Shown here piece after piece: positions 1 through 10,456 of a DNA stretch of 64,000 nt (position 1 is the stretch's first letter; every line of letters begins with the position of its first letter). This DNA is from an uncultured Pedobacter sp. (GTDB taxonomy: Bacteria; Bacteroidota; Bacteroidia; Sphingobacteriales; Sphingobacteriaceae): positions 4,138-68,137 of the forward strand of contig CALLKE010000093.1 in assembly GCA_938008555.1 (NCBI GenBank). Direction: 5' to 3'. Under the pieces are notes generated by a model. The model was given only the letters and a program-made list of their open reading frames with translations, had not been told where the DNA came from and did not search any database. Position numbers and translations under genes: made by a program.

Positions 1-690
1 ATATCCAATGATCCCCGAGACAAACGCTTACGCGCATCTATCTTAATTGAAGACAAAAACAAAGTGATCGTTATTGATTCCGGGCCTGATTTTAGATATC
101 AAATGCTACGAGCCAAAGTAAAGTCTTTAGACGCGATCGTGTTTACACACGAGCATAAGGATCACGTAGCCGGGATGGATGATATTCGAGCCTTTAACCA
201 CAAGCAGCAATCAGAGATTGATATCTATGCTCATGAACGTGTTCAAGAAGCCCTAAAACGAGAATTTGCTTATATTTTTTCTCACATTAAATATCCGGGA
301 GTACCGCTAGTACATTTACATGAAATCAATAAAAAACCTTTCAAAATTGGAGAGGTGGCATTACTTCCGATTGAAGTAATGCATTTTAAATTGCCTGTAT
401 TGGGTTTTAGAATAAATAATTTCACCTATATAACAGACGCAAAAACAGTATCCAAAGAAGAGAAGTCAAAGATCAAAGGCACAGAGGTACTTGTCATTAA
501 TGCACTCCAAAAAGAGAAGCATATTTCTCATTTCACGTTAGACGAAGCAATTGCTTTCGCAAAGGAAATAGGCGCTCCCAAAACATATTTCACACATCTG
601 AGCCATCGAATGGACAAACATGATACTGTTTCAAAAAAATTACCTGAAGGGATTGAGATAGCTTACGACGGCCTCGTACTATCATTATAG
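1..690 (+). CDS. MBL-fold metallo-hydrolase (beta-lactamase-like), 5' end cut by window edge
   Basis: The frame is open from nt 1 (ISNDPRDKRLRASILIEDKNK precedes the GTG listed at 64), so the true start lies upstream of the window. HxHxDH zinc motif (THEHKDHVAGMDD) and later His/Asp ligand contexts (VMHF, ITDA, THLSH) fit the MBL fold. Confidence 0.8.
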   Translation: MSNDPRDKRLRASILIEDKNKVIVIDSGPDFRYQMLRAKVKSLDAIVFTHEHKDHVAGMDDIRAFNHKQQSEIDIYAHERVQEALKREFAYIFSHIKYPGVPLVHLHEINKKPFKIGEVALLPIEVMHFKLPVLGFRINNFTYITDAKTVSKEEKSKIKGTEVLVINALQKEKHISHFTLDEAIAFAKEIGAPKTYFTHLSHRMDKHDTVSKKLPEGIEIAYDGLVLSL

Positions 691-706
691 ATTTAACATA
701 TTGATG

Positions 707-790
707 TGCCCAGAACGAGATTCGAACTCGTACGTCCTTTCGAACGCCACCCCCTCAAGATGGTGCGTCTGCCAGTTTCGCCACCTGGGC
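707..790 (-). tRNA. tRNA-Leu (anticodon GAG)
   Basis: The reverse complement folds as a type-II cloverleaf. Acceptor GCCCAGG/TCTGGGC; 3-bp D stem with a GG loop; anticodon stem CCATC/GGTGG with loop TTGAGGG (U33, GAG, G37). Long variable arm CGTTC-GAAA-GGACG; T arm ACGAG-TTCGAAT-CTCGT; discriminator A; no encoded CCA. Confidence 0.9.
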
Positions 791-1036
791 TTTTTTGAGT
801 TTGCAAATATAGTTGCTTAATTGATAATTCCTATTCAGCTTTTCAAAATCATTTCAACATATTGAATCTATGTTTCGTCAAATAGTAGACCTATTTTTTG
901 AAAATCAAATTTTTCGTACAAGTTGACAGCTGTCATGTGTGCACGTACTTCAAACTGATATTATCATTCAAATGGGAGACATTATTCCTCAACAGAAACC
1001 TGACGACATAGTGCAAATGCATTATCCAAACAATCA

Positions 1037-1540
1037 TTATTTTGAATCTTCTGTACCGAAGCTTTGTTTTTCATTCTTTCCATCACTATTTAACGATTTC
1101 GTATAAAGTTTTTTAGATAGATGAATCTCTTTAGCAGCATCAATAGAGTGCGATCGATGAATATCATCTTCTTTTTGAGCTAAATCAGATAAGCGCTCAT
1201 AAAATTCGTGAAGATCATCTAATTCTTTCTCAGTCAAATCCTCAATATCTACCATTCGGTTACTCGCTTTGTCATTCACTGCTATCAACTCATTTAGCTT
1301 GAGTTGTATGGCTTTAGATTCTTTGTTTTGTGATTTCTGAATCAGAAAAACCATCAAGAAGGTAATGATATTCGTTGCTGTGTTAATGATCAGTTGCCAA
1401 GCATTAGAATAATCAAAAATGGGGCCTGTTACGCCCCATATAAGTACAATAATTAATGCGTAAACAAGGCCTTTAGAACTTCCTGTAAAAGCGGTTACCT
1501 TATTTGCCAAGTGCTCAAAAGTATTTTTTTTAGAATCCAT
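1037..1540 (-). CDS. low-affinity iron permease family protein (Fet4-like small membrane protein)
   Basis: 167 aa. N-terminal FEHLANKVTAFTGSSKG, two hydrophobic helices, then QKSQNKESKAIQLKLNELI and an acidic coiled tail. I recognise this pattern from the bacterial low-affinity iron permease family. Function is by family resemblance only. Confidence 0.65.
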   Translation of the reverse strand: MDSKKNTFEHLANKVTAFTGSSKGLVYALIIVLIWGVTGPIFDYSNAWQLIINTATNIITFLMVFLIQKSQNKESKAIQLKLNELIAVNDKASNRMVDIEDLTEKELDDLHEFYERLSDLAQKEDDIHRSHSIDAAKEIHLSKKLYTKSLNSDGKNEKQSFGTEDSK

Positions 1541-1592
1541 GATAATAGCTGAAATAAAAACTCTAATTAAACATATGAGCTAAAGAACTACC

Positions 1593-2711
1593 CTATTTCA
1601 TCACAAAAGCAGAGGGGGTATACGACTCAAGCTTGCTATTGACATCAATGCAGTTTAGATCTTCAAAAGCTTGAGTCAGACGCTTAACAAAATGCTCTTC
1701 ACCCTTCCGTAACCAAACACGGGGGTCATAATACTTTTTATTAGGAGCATCCTCTCCTTCAGGATTACCAATCTGGCTTTGAAGATATGCCTCTTTAGAT
1801 TGGTAATATTCTTTGACACCTTCCCAAAAAGCCCATTGCATATCCGTATCAATATTCATTTTAATAGCTCCATAAGAAATAGCCTCACGAATTTCTTCCT
1901 GCGATGAACCAGAACCACCATGAAACACAAAATTAATAGGTTGAGACACAGCTATTCCAAACTCTTTTCGAATATATTCTTGTGAATTTTTCAAAATAAT
2001 AGGCTGCAATTTTACGTTGCCTGGTTTATATACTCCATGAACATTGCCAAAAGCTGCTGCTATCGTGAATTTATCGCTAACACTCAATAATTCTTTGTAG
2101 GCATAAGCCACTTCAGAGGGCTGTGTATACAATTTGGAGCTATCTACATCACTGTTATCAACACCATCCTCTTCACCACCTGTTACACCGAGTTCTATCT
2201 CAATAGTCATCCCCATGGCTTTCATACGAGCAAGGTATTTTTTACATATTTCGACGTTCTCCTCGATTGGCTCTTCCGATAAGTCAAGCATATGAGATGA
2301 AAATAATGGTCTTCCATTTTGAGCATAAAATCTTTCGCCATGCTCTAATAGACCATCAATCCATGGAAGTAGTTTTTTAGCGGCATGATCCGTATGTAGA
2401 ATAACGGCAACTCCGTAATGTTCTGCAAGTAGATGAACGTGCTGAGCTGCAGAAACACCTCCCAAAATGCAGGCTTGTAGCTTATCATTATTTAAAGATT
2501 TTCCTGCATAAAACTGAGCTCCTCCATTCGACAACTGAATGATCACTGGTGAGTTAACGGCCTTGGCTGTTTCCATCACTGCATTAATGGAATTTGTACC
2601 AATTACATTTACAGCCGGCAACGCAAAATGATGCTTTTTCGCTACTTCAAATAGTTCTTGAACGGCATCGCCATGCAATACGCCCTTAAAATGTTTTAAA
2701 TTCATCTTCAA
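1593..2711 (-). CDS. fbaA: class II fructose-bisphosphate aldolase
   Basis: Class II aldolase hallmarks (LHTDHAAK, GNVHGVYKPGNVKL, FVFHGGSGS). Start could be Met1 or Met3. Confidence 0.9.
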   Translation of the reverse strand: MKMNLKHFKGVLHGDAVQELFEVAKKHHFALPAVNVIGTNSINAVMETAKAVNSPVIIQLSNGGAQFYAGKSLNNDKLQACILGGVSAAQHVHLLAEHYGVAVILHTDHAAKKLLPWIDGLLEHGERFYAQNGRPLFSSHMLDLSEEPIEENVEICKKYLARMKAMGMTIEIELGVTGGEEDGVDNSDVDSSKLYTQPSEVAYAYKELLSVSDKFTIAAAFGNVHGVYKPGNVKLQPIILKNSQEYIRKEFGIAVSQPINFVFHGGSGSSQEEIREAISYGAIKMNIDTDMQWAFWEGVKEYYQSKEAYLQSQIGNPEGEDAPNKKYYDPRVWLRKGEEHFVKRLTQAFEDLNCIDVNSKLESYTPSAFVMK

Positions 2712-2837
2712 TATTTTATATCAATTTTGAAGCTAAATTATAAAATTAATGACAAGTGGAAGCAGAAAACATTCAGCCTCTACGGTGTTCATTAAAAAAA
2801 TTGTTTCTTTGTGGATCTTTAAATTTATTCGGAATAC

Positions 2838-3683
2838 ATGGTTTGGTTTAAGCGGGAAAAAAAAGGAATAATTACCTCTACAAAGGAAAAAAAAGAAGCA
2901 CCTGACGGCATCTGGAACAAATGCCCATCGTGCAAAAAAGCGTTGCATTACGCCGAACAATTAGAAAATAAATATGTGTGCCACTATTGTGACTATCATC
3001 TGCGGATTGGATCGAAAGAGTATTTCGAGATTCTATTTGATAATAACTCATTTACAGAATTATACGAAGACTTACGCTCAGCGGATCCTTTGAATTTTTC
3101 AGACAACAAAAAATATACCGAGCGATTAGAAGAAAGCTATGCCAAAACAGGAGTAAATGATGCAATACGATCTGCCCATGGCAAGCTCGAGGAGCAAGAT
3201 ATCGTCATTGCTTGCATGGATTTTAATTTCATTGGAGGATCCATGGGGTCTGTTGTTGGTGAAAAAATTGCTCGCTCCATTGATTATAGCATTGATCATA
3301 AAATCCCTTTTTTAATGATATCCAAATCGGGTGGCGCTCGCATGATGGAAGCAGCTTTCTCGCTCATGCAAATGGCAAAAACATCAGCCAAACTAGCTTT
3401 ATTGAGTAAAGCAAAAATCCCATACATCTCCTTGTTAACGGATCCAACTACCGGTGGAGTCACCGCCTCTTATGCTATGCTCGGAGACATCAACATTGCC
3501 GAACCAGGGGCTCTAATTGGCTTTGCTGGACCACGTGTCATTAAAGAAACTATCAAAAAAGATTTGCCTAAAGGATTTCAAACATCTGAATTTGTTTTGG
3601 AGCATGGATTCCTTGATTTTATTGTCGATAGGAGACGCATGAAAGCTAAAATTGCCTCTTTTATTAGAATGATGGCAAACTGA
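2838..3683 (+). CDS. accD: acetyl-CoA carboxylase carboxyltransferase subunit beta
   Basis: N-terminal Zn ribbon (CPSC...CHYC) followed by the carboxyltransferase fold ([30 protein letters not shown]). Confidence 0.9.
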   Translation: MVWFKREKKGIITSTKEKKEAPDGIWNKCPSCKKALHYAEQLENKYVCHYCDYHLRIGSKEYFEILFDNNSFTELYEDLRSADPLNFSDNKKYTERLEESYAKTGVNDAIRSAHGKLEEQDIVIACMDFNFIGGSMGSVVGEKIARSIDYSIDHKIPFLMISKSGGARMMEAAFSLMQMAKTSAKLALLSKAKIPYISLLTDPTTGGVTASYAMLGDINIAEPGALIGFAGPRVIKETIKKDLPKGFQTSEFVLEHGFLDFIVDRRRMKAKIASFIRMMAN

Positions 3684-3732
3684 TTATCCTACTTATCTAA
3701 AAGCCAATTTGTTAGCTATGGGAAAGAATAAT

Positions 3733-3765
3733 AAAAGGTTGTAGAAGATTTATCTACAACCTTTT
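3733..3765. terminator. bidirectional rho-independent terminator between convergent accD and valS
   Basis: Perfect 13-bp stem AAAAGGTTGTAGA / TCTACAACCTTTT with a 7-nt loop. A-run on one side and T-run (ATTTT) on the other. Confidence 0.65.
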
Positions 3766-3782
3766 ATTTTGAAATAGAGATT

Positions 3783-6401
3783 TTAGGATAAAATACTCAG
3801 ACTTTCTTCTAGTATTTTGATTTTAGCTTCTGCATCTTCTTTTTTTCGACGTTCGATCTCAACCACTTCCGTTTTTGCATTTTTCACAAACCGCTCGTTA
3901 GAGAGTTTGGCATCCACCGATTTTAAGAAACCTTGCAAATAATCAATCTCTTTTGTTAAACGCTCACGTTCCGCATCTACATCTAATGTTTCATTGAGTG
4001 TCACGAAGAACTCATCAGTGCCTACCATAAAAGCCGTAGATCCAGTGGGCTTTTCATTCACGAAAGTGACTTGTTTGACATTGCCAAGCTTGATTACAAT
4101 CTCTAAATAATTTGAATACTGAATACCTGAACTCGCTTTTATAAACAAAGGCAAAGCTTCTTTCGGAGAAAGTTGCTTCATGTTACGGATATTACGTATT
4201 TCAGAGATTAGCTGCTTAACTGTGTCAATATCTTGAATCAATAGGGTATCAATAGCTGTTATTTGTGGATATTTTGCCACAATACAACAATCTAGTTCAG
4301 TTCGTTTGCCAAATAAGGCTTCATGCCATAATTCCTCTGTAATAAAAGGCATAAATGGATGTAACACTTTAAGCACTTGCTCAAAAAAGTACCGTGTTTT
4401 GGTGTGCGTTTCTAAATCGATTGGCTGTTGATAAGCAGGTTTGACCATTTCTAGATACCAGGCGCAAAAATCATCCCATACCAATTTATAAATGCCCATC
4501 AAAGCTTCTGATAATCGATATTGTTTGTAATGCGCCTCTATTTCTGCCAAAGCCTGATTAAAATTGGACTCAAACCAAGCAACTGCTTGCTGGTTCGTAT
4601 TTTCCAATTGAGCATCTACTTCCCAACCATTCACCAAACGAAAGGCGTTCCAAATTTTATTGGCAAAATTACGCCCTTGTTCACAGTAGCTTTCATCAAA
4701 CATCAAATCATTACCTGCAGGAGAGCAAAGTAACATTCCTACCCGAACGCCATCTGCACCATATTTTTCAATTAGGTCAATTGGGTCGGGCGAATTGCCC
4801 AACGACTTTGACATTTTTCGTCCGATTTTATCACGAACTATCCCCGTTAGGTATACATTTTTAAATGGAGCTTGCCCTCGAAATTCATGACCAGCCATGA
4901 TCATCCGAGCAACCCAAAAGAACAAGATCTCAGGTGCCGTTACTAAATCATTGGTTGGATAATAGTACGCGATATCTGCATTTTCTGGATCCTTAAAACC
5001 ATCAAAAACAGAAATAGGCCAAAGCCATGACGAAAACCAGGTATCCATCACATCCTCATCTTGCCTTAAATCAGCAAACTCCATATTGGATTGTCTAAAC
5101 TGATCTTCTGCTTCCTTTTTTGTTTTGGCAATAACCCAATCGCCTTTCTCATTGTACCACGCTGGAATACGCTGCCCCCACCACAATTGGCGACTGATAC
5201 ACCAATCTTTTACATTTTCCATCCAATGGCGGTAGGTATTAATAAACTTGTTAGGTATTAAATTAACCTCACCATCCAACACATAAGCCAAAGCTGGTTT
5301 GGCTAATTCTTCCATTTTGCAGAACCACTGCATGGATAATTTGGGTTCAATAACAGCATCTGTACGTTCCGAAAATCCAACCTGCGATTTATACTCTTCT
5401 ACTTTTGCCAACTGATCTGCTTCGTCGAGCATTACGGCAATTTTTTTACGAGCAGCAAAACGATCTTCTCCAACTAGAATGATAGCTTTTTCGTTGAGCG
5501 TACTATCGTCATTTAAAATATCAATGATGGGTAAATTGTGTTTTTGTCCCAACTCGTAATCATTTAAGTCATGCGCTGGTGTCACCTTTAAACATCCGGT
5601 ACCAAACTCCATCGTCACATACTCATCCTCAATAATGGGTATCTCTCGATTAACCAGCGGAATCAATGCTTTCTTCCCTTTTAGGTGCTTGAATCGTTCA
5701 TCATTAGGGTGAATACAAATTGCTGTATCAGCCATGATTGTTTCTGGACGTGTAGTTGCGATCGTTAAATACTGTGACTCATCCCCAACAATCTTATACT
5801 TGATATAGTATAGTTTTTGGTTTACTTCTTTACGGATCACTTCCTCATCAGACACGGCTGTTTTCCCTTTGGGATCCCAGTTTACAATTCGGACTCCACG
5901 ATAGATGAGTCCTTTTTTATGTAAATGAATGAATGTATCAATTACTGCTTCGGAAAGATCATCTTCCATCGTGAATCGAGTACGATCCCAATCACATGAA
6001 GCACCTAATTTCTCTAACTGTTTTAAGATGATTCCACCATATTTATCTTTCCATTCGTATGCGTATTTCAAGAATTCTTCTCTGCTTATATGCTCTTTTT
6101 CGATTCCTTTTTCTTTGAGCATTGCTACCACTTTAGCCTCAGTAGCGATAGAAGCATGATCCGTACCTGGAACCCAGCATGCATTTTTACCCTTCATACG
6201 TGCACGACGAATAAGCACATCCTGAATAGTATTGTTTAACATATGGCCCATATGAAGCACTCCAGTCACGTTGGGCGGCGGAATCACAATTGTGTAAGGT
6301 TCGCGCTCATCAGGCACGGAACGAAAAAACTTTTTCTCCAGCCAATAGCTGTACCACTTATCTTCAGCTGACCGGGGATTATATATTTTGGAAATACTCA
6401 T
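3783..6401 (-). CDS. valS: valine--tRNA ligase
   Basis: 872 aa. HIGH-type motif (PNVTGVLHMGH), KMSKS motif (RKMSKSLGN), C-terminal coiled coil. Confidence 0.95.
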   Translation of the reverse strand: MSISKIYNPRSAEDKWYSYWLEKKFFRSVPDEREPYTIVIPPPNVTGVLHMGHMLNNTIQDVLIRRARMKGKNACWVPGTDHASIATEAKVVAMLKEKGIEKEHISREEFLKYAYEWKDKYGGIILKQLEKLGASCDWDRTRFTMEDDLSEAVIDTFIHLHKKGLIYRGVRIVNWDPKGKTAVSDEEVIRKEVNQKLYYIKYKIVGDESQYLTIATTRPETIMADTAICIHPNDERFKHLKGKKALIPLVNREIPIIEDEYVTMEFGTGCLKVTPAHDLNDYELGQKHNLPIIDILNDDSTLNEKAIILVGEDRFAARKKIAVMLDEADQLAKVEEYKSQVGFSERTDAVIEPKLSMQWFCKMEELAKPALAYVLDGEVNLIPNKFINTYRHWMENVKDWCISRQLWWGQRIPAWYNEKGDWVIAKTKKEAEDQFRQSNMEFADLRQDEDVMDTWFSSWLWPISVFDGFKDPENADIAYYYPTNDLVTAPEILFFWVARMIMAGHEFRGQAPFKNVYLTGIVRDKIGRKMSKSLGNSPDPIDLIEKYGADGVRVGMLLCSPAGNDLMFDESYCEQGRNFANKIWNAFRLVNGWEVDAQLENTNQQAVAWFESNFNQALAEIEAHYKQYRLSEALMGIYKLVWDDFCAWYLEMVKPAYQQPIDLETHTKTRYFFEQVLKVLHPFMPFITEELWHEALFGKRTELDCCIVAKYPQITAIDTLLIQDIDTVKQLISEIRNIRNMKQLSPKEALPLFIKASSGIQYSNYLEIVIKLGNVKQVTFVNEKPTGSTAFMVGTDEFFVTLNETLDVDAERERLTKEIDYLQGFLKSVDAKLSNERFVKNAKTEVVEIERRKKEDAEAKIKILEESLSILS

Positions 6402-6568
6402 AATTGATTTGAAAAAATAGAGAAGCGCAAAAATACGTTTTTAATAACGATAGGAAAAAAGAAGAATCTTGCTAGTTGTTAGACTTATACCACTTTCGTA
6501 CAACTTTTTAACCTATTTCTGGAGCACAAGATTTACTGATATATTCAAAAGGCAGTACCCCGCTCATT

Positions 6569-7657
6569 TTAGTTGAGTCGCTTGCCTACTACCAGACTCA
6601 GAAATTCGTACACAATCTGTCCCATATTTTCACAGCTACTAAAAATGGGATTTTGGTGATGAATCGAGAGTTCTTTGCCTAGCTGTTTTACTTTTTTGTA
6701 GGGAGATATCTCATCCATGCACATCACATTAAATAAATCATTTAAACGATGATGCGCAGAGCGTATACGGTTAGAGATCAAGGTGCGCTCCTCTTCCTGA
6801 TACTGACGAACGGTGGTTTCATTCATATGCTGCATGCCCAGTTGTACCAGTTTAAGATTTTCTTTAAAAAAATGAGGCAGGTATAACCTTAATCGTCCCT
6901 CATAAGACTGTTGGTCAAAATCGATGGCTCGTATACGATACTGGTTGCCTTCAATATCAGGTGTAATATCGACTACAAAATTATAGGATCGCATGTCACC
7001 CAAGAGACGAACAAAACAACGTTCATTAAATTTCACAAACTCTTTACAGATCCGAATCTGATTGAATTTACTGGTCTCCAGCCCATCATTAATAAATATA
7101 TCTCCAGGCAAACCAGGGATATGTTCTTCAATGAGCGTATTATCATCCGTTAGATACATCATATCATTAGGTGATAAGAGATGTTCAAGCTCTAGTCCAT
7201 ACACACGTGAAGCATCAGCAACCTTGACATAGAAGTGATCATAATTATCATTCAGCCGATTAATAATACGTACCCTAAAGGGTTTAGAATTGCCAAACGT
7301 GCAGTAATCGATGCGAGCAACCGATAAATGTTCCATCACTTGCATATCGCCATCCGTATTCATCAATGCGTAGATAAAAGTGAGATTTGGAAAGAGTTCT
7401 TCCATTTCTCGCTCATCATAATAGACCGTAAGCCAAAGTGTATCGTGTCCTTCTTTATCTATCAAAGGAATACTTAAATTAAACCGGAGCAAATCTGAGT
7501 ATTGAACCGGTAATTCTCTTTCGCGGCCATATTGCAATAAGTAGGATCGCAATTCGGGCCTAACGAAATAGAATAATTTCTTCTTTGATGGGATATCGCT
7601 TCTGTCGATGTCTTCCGTGTGATTCATGCTTTTTGGCAAATAGGTATATTTCCTCAT
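6569..7657 (-). CDS. hypothetical protein with protein-kinase-like motif order
   Basis: 362-aa ORF with an ATG start and no recognisable named family. Motifs occur in kinase order: FYVKVAD (beta3 Lys), GLELEHLL (alphaC Glu), LIEEHIPG (hinge), LGDMRSYNFVV (D-x4-N catalytic loop), IRAIDFD (DFG-like). Confidence 0.6.
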   Translation of the reverse strand: MRKYTYLPKSMNHTEDIDRSDIPSKKKLFYFVRPELRSYLLQYGRERELPVQYSDLLRFNLSIPLIDKEGHDTLWLTVYYDEREMEELFPNLTFIYALMNTDGDMQVMEHLSVARIDYCTFGNSKPFRVRIINRLNDNYDHFYVKVADASRVYGLELEHLLSPNDMMYLTDDNTLIEEHIPGLPGDIFINDGLETSKFNQIRICKEFVKFNERCFVRLLGDMRSYNFVVDITPDIEGNQYRIRAIDFDQQSYEGRLRLYLPHFFKENLKLVQLGMQHMNETTVRQYQEEERTLISNRIRSAHHRLNDLFNVMCMDEISPYKKVKQLGKELSIHHQNPIFSSCENMGQIVYEFLSLVVGKRLN

Positions 7658-7730
7658 TTAAGGGAAGTCGGCAATTCCGATCCATACATGAATCGATAAA
7701 ATTATACAGACAGCTATGTTTTAATGAATC

Positions 7731-8429
7731 CTATTTCACTTCAAACACTGTATTCATCTGATATTTCAGTTTGATCTTTTTGAAGTCGATATCAGGAAGA
7801 GGGGCAGCTGCAGCTTCAGAGGACATCAGATTTACGGCCATGCTTCTAAATCTAGGAGCTGGATAATATTCATCATTAATTTCTTTGATCTCGATTGAAT
7901 TGCCAAGTTTTTCTCCAATAGACTCAACTAAATAGGTTGCTTTGTCTTTCGCATTTTGTAGAGCCTTTACTTTCAGCTCTTTTTTCAGTGCATCTATTTT
8001 CGAGTAATCATAACTCTCAATCCCGCTGTATTCAACTCCTTTGGGATCTACAGCGTTAATTAATTGATTCACTTTGGTGAGATCAGTCAGTTTAATTTTA
8101 TACTGCTTCTTAGCTAAGAAGTCTGTGTTTTTCTTATCAGTCCAATCCCAGTTATAACTTGAAATATTATTGATCATAAAATTTTCTTTTGGGATGCCTG
8201 CGTTCAGTACAGCTGTTTGCAACTGACGCTCTAAATCTCCGATTGCTACTTTCTTTTTCGTGTTGCCAATCAGGTACTCTTTTAAAGAAATGTTGACATA
8301 AATAATATCAGGTGTCACTTCTGCTTCTGCGGAGCCTACTACTTCAATTCTTCTGCGCGTATCTGCTGTTTGCGAGTAAGAGACTAGCGTAGTCATGCTT
8401 AATACAGTGACAATAATGAGGTGTTTCAT
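7731..8429 (-). CDS. SIMPL (DUF541) domain periplasmic protein
   Basis: Signal peptide. The N-terminal strand IEVVGSAEAEVTPDIIYVNISL and ~230-aa size match the SIMPL family pattern. Confidence 0.7.
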   Translation of the reverse strand: MKHLIIVTVLSMTTLVSYSQTADTRRRIEVVGSAEAEVTPDIIYVNISLKEYLIGNTKKKVAIGDLERQLQTAVLNAGIPKENFMINNISSYNWDWTDKKNTDFLAKKQYKIKLTDLTKVNQLINAVDPKGVEYSGIESYDYSKIDALKKELKVKALQNAKDKATYLVESIGEKLGNSIEIKEINDEYYPAPRFRSMAVNLMSSEAAAAPLPDIDFKKIKLKYQMNTVFEVK

Positions 8430-8440
8430 AGAATGTTTTT

Positions 8441-10372
8441 TTAGGTTTTTCTTTTTACAGGCTTCTTATTTGATTTGGGAGCGATTATTATAGGTTTTTT
8501 AATAGTTACTTCAATATCTGATTTCACTACACTTGGGATAATTTCCTCTTTTGATTTTGGTCGATCTTTAGGTTTCCAAATAAAACCAGGTAGTATGCTT
8601 TCTTCAGTTGGTACTTGATGAATTGGATAGTAAACACCTTCTGGTTTACGAATAAATAAGATGTCTTTCAATACATGATCACCAAATAATACTTTCATTC
8701 GGCTACTTAACATTCTGTTCATTCCGGTGTAGTGAGCATCTTCTTTTACATAATAGACACTTTCTGCATTACCTTCTACAAGCATATTGCTCAATTTATC
8801 ATTCTTAAAATACCCTGTGATTACTTTCCCCTTCACCTGATTAAATTTTGAGGAATCGGTGCTTTCTGTATTTACAATAAAGCTATTGTGTTGAAGGAGC
8901 ACATTATCTAGCTTTTTATTTTTCATCTGCAAGTAAATAGTATCCGCAGAAAATTGTGACGCTTGTGCCCATATCATTGGATTTTTATAACAGCGAATAA
9001 TAGAATCTTTATAGCTAAAAAATATCGAGTCAGCGATCGCTTGTAAATCCGATTTAAATATTTTCGTTTTGTGGTAGGCAAGTACAATACGAAACTTGGT
9101 AGTATCAAGAGCCAAAGAGTCGAGAAACCGATTACTCTCTTGATCCTTTGTAGTTCGTTCTTTTGCTGTTGTCGAATTCTTGACTGATGGCTTCTCCATT
9201 TTATCTGGAGGAATAGGGCTAGGATCTAATGTATTTGTACTACTTACTGTAGGAGCAATATTGTTAGATTGATTTTTTGGAGGGGTGATGGCATCTTTAC
9301 CAGCATCGGTATCTATGCTTTTGTTCTCTATTTTGCTTTCCTTGTTGTGCTTGGCAGATCCAGTGACAACTTCATCAACTAGCTCATGATCTTTCTTCAG
9401 TTCATTTTGTCGAATTGATTTGATATCACGGCCTCGAACTATTTTGCTAAATAAAGTGTCAGCAGCCATCCAGATAGAATCAACTTTTGAAGAGTCTGAC
9501 TGAGTTTGCATCACGACATATGCATTCTTAGTAGCCAAAATGCGCTCATCTTTTTTATAATAGATGCCCAGATCTCCTTTAAATGTTAGTTTTTGGGCAG
9601 CATCCGTGAATGTGATGTTTTTAATCGCTCGGCCATAGCCTTTTTTTTGATCAAAGAAAAGGCTATCCCCTTTTAAAGATTTGCTGCCCTGAGTGTACAA
9701 GTTATTTTTACCAAAACGAGCTTCATCATTCGTTGTGTTGTATTGACCATTTTCGGTGTAGAGCGTATCATCCTTGCCATAAATATGGGTAGGCCCGTAA
9801 AAGTAAGCGATTTTCGACTCTGAATTATACCTCAGTGTATCTGATTTGATAACCACATCTGGTGAAACCAATATCACATTGTTTTTAAAATAAGCGTCAT
9901 GTGTATTCGCAAAATAGTATCCAGTTGTACTTGTTAACACATTTTTGGGATCGACTATTTTTCCGCCGCTCGTATAAGTACCTATTCTGGTGCCTGTATT
10001 GTAGGTCAGGTAATTGGTAGAAAGCGTAGCCTTCTCTTTATCAACCAAACGTACATTATTGGTTAGTAATGCCATTTTCGTATTTCCATCAAAATTGAGA
10101 ATATCGGCATACACCATCGTTCCATTGCTTTGAGTAATAACTACATGTCCAAAAGCATCAAATGTGTTTTTATCTTGATTAAAAATGGCGCTATCTGCAG
10201 AAAGCGTAGATCCTTCTTGTTCAAAAACAGGCTTGATCACACGCATAAAGCCTTCATTCGTGAAACCTTTTAGAAGTTCGGAGCTCACAATCTTCACTTT
10301 TTTACTTTGTTGTTGAGCAAGCGCCGTGCTAACGATGAAGAAGGTGATAATTGAAAAGATATTTTTTTTCAC
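8441..10372 (-). CDS. OstA/LptA-like beta-jellyroll repeat protein
   Basis: Signal peptide. Repeated OstA-like segments (ADSAIFNQDKNTFDAFGHVVITQ..., VYADILNFDGNTKMALL..., IKSDTLRYNSESKIAYFYG...). A low-complexity linker of ~90 aa lies in the middle. Confidence 0.6.
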   Translation of the reverse strand: MKKNIFSIITFFIVSTALAQQQSKKVKIVSSELLKGFTNEGFMRVIKPVFEQEGSTLSADSAIFNQDKNTFDAFGHVVITQSNGTMVYADILNFDGNTKMALLTNNVRLVDKEKATLSTNYLTYNTGTRIGTYTSGGKIVDPKNVLTSTTGYYFANTHDAYFKNNVILVSPDVVIKSDTLRYNSESKIAYFYGPTHIYGKDDTLYTENGQYNTTNDEARFGKNNLYTQGSKSLKGDSLFFDQKKGYGRAIKNITFTDAAQKLTFKGDLGIYYKKDERILATKNAYVVMQTQSDSSKVDSIWMAADTLFSKIVRGRDIKSIRQNELKKDHELVDEVVTGSAKHNKESKIENKSIDTDAGKDAITPPKNQSNNIAPTVSSTNTLDPSPIPPDKMEKPSVKNSTTAKERTTKDQESNRFLDSLALDTTKFRIVLAYHKTKIFKSDLQAIADSIFFSYKDSIIRCYKNPMIWAQASQFSADTIYLQMKNKKLDNVLLQHNSFIVNTESTDSSKFNQVKGKVITGYFKNDKLSNMLVEGNAESVYYVKEDAHYTGMNRMLSSRMKVLFGDHVLKDILFIRKPEGVYYPIHQVPTEESILPGFIWKPKDRPKSKEEIIPSVVKSDIEVTIKKPIIIAPKSNKKPVKRKT

Positions 10373-10456
10373 CCCGCAAAATTAACCTTTTTGAAGAACC
10401 ATTTGAGAATAAATATGGTTCTATTTCCCTATCATTGCACATTCTAGGTTTTGTTG

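Noticed and set aside
924-935. Perfect 12-nt palindrome TGACAGCTGTCA between the iron-permease-like gene and the tRNA
   Set aside because: It is too short to argue for function, has no loop for a terminator, and has no second copy in the window.
2733-2960. 75-aa minus-strand ORF overlapping the accD start
   Set aside because: It overlaps a well-supported gene on the opposite strand, is Phe-rich from an A/T-run antisense, and has no recognisable features.
4521-6159. Plus-strand ORFs 4521-4733 and 5929-6159 inside valS
   Set aside because: They are antisense to a confidently identified gene. They are short and compositionally odd.
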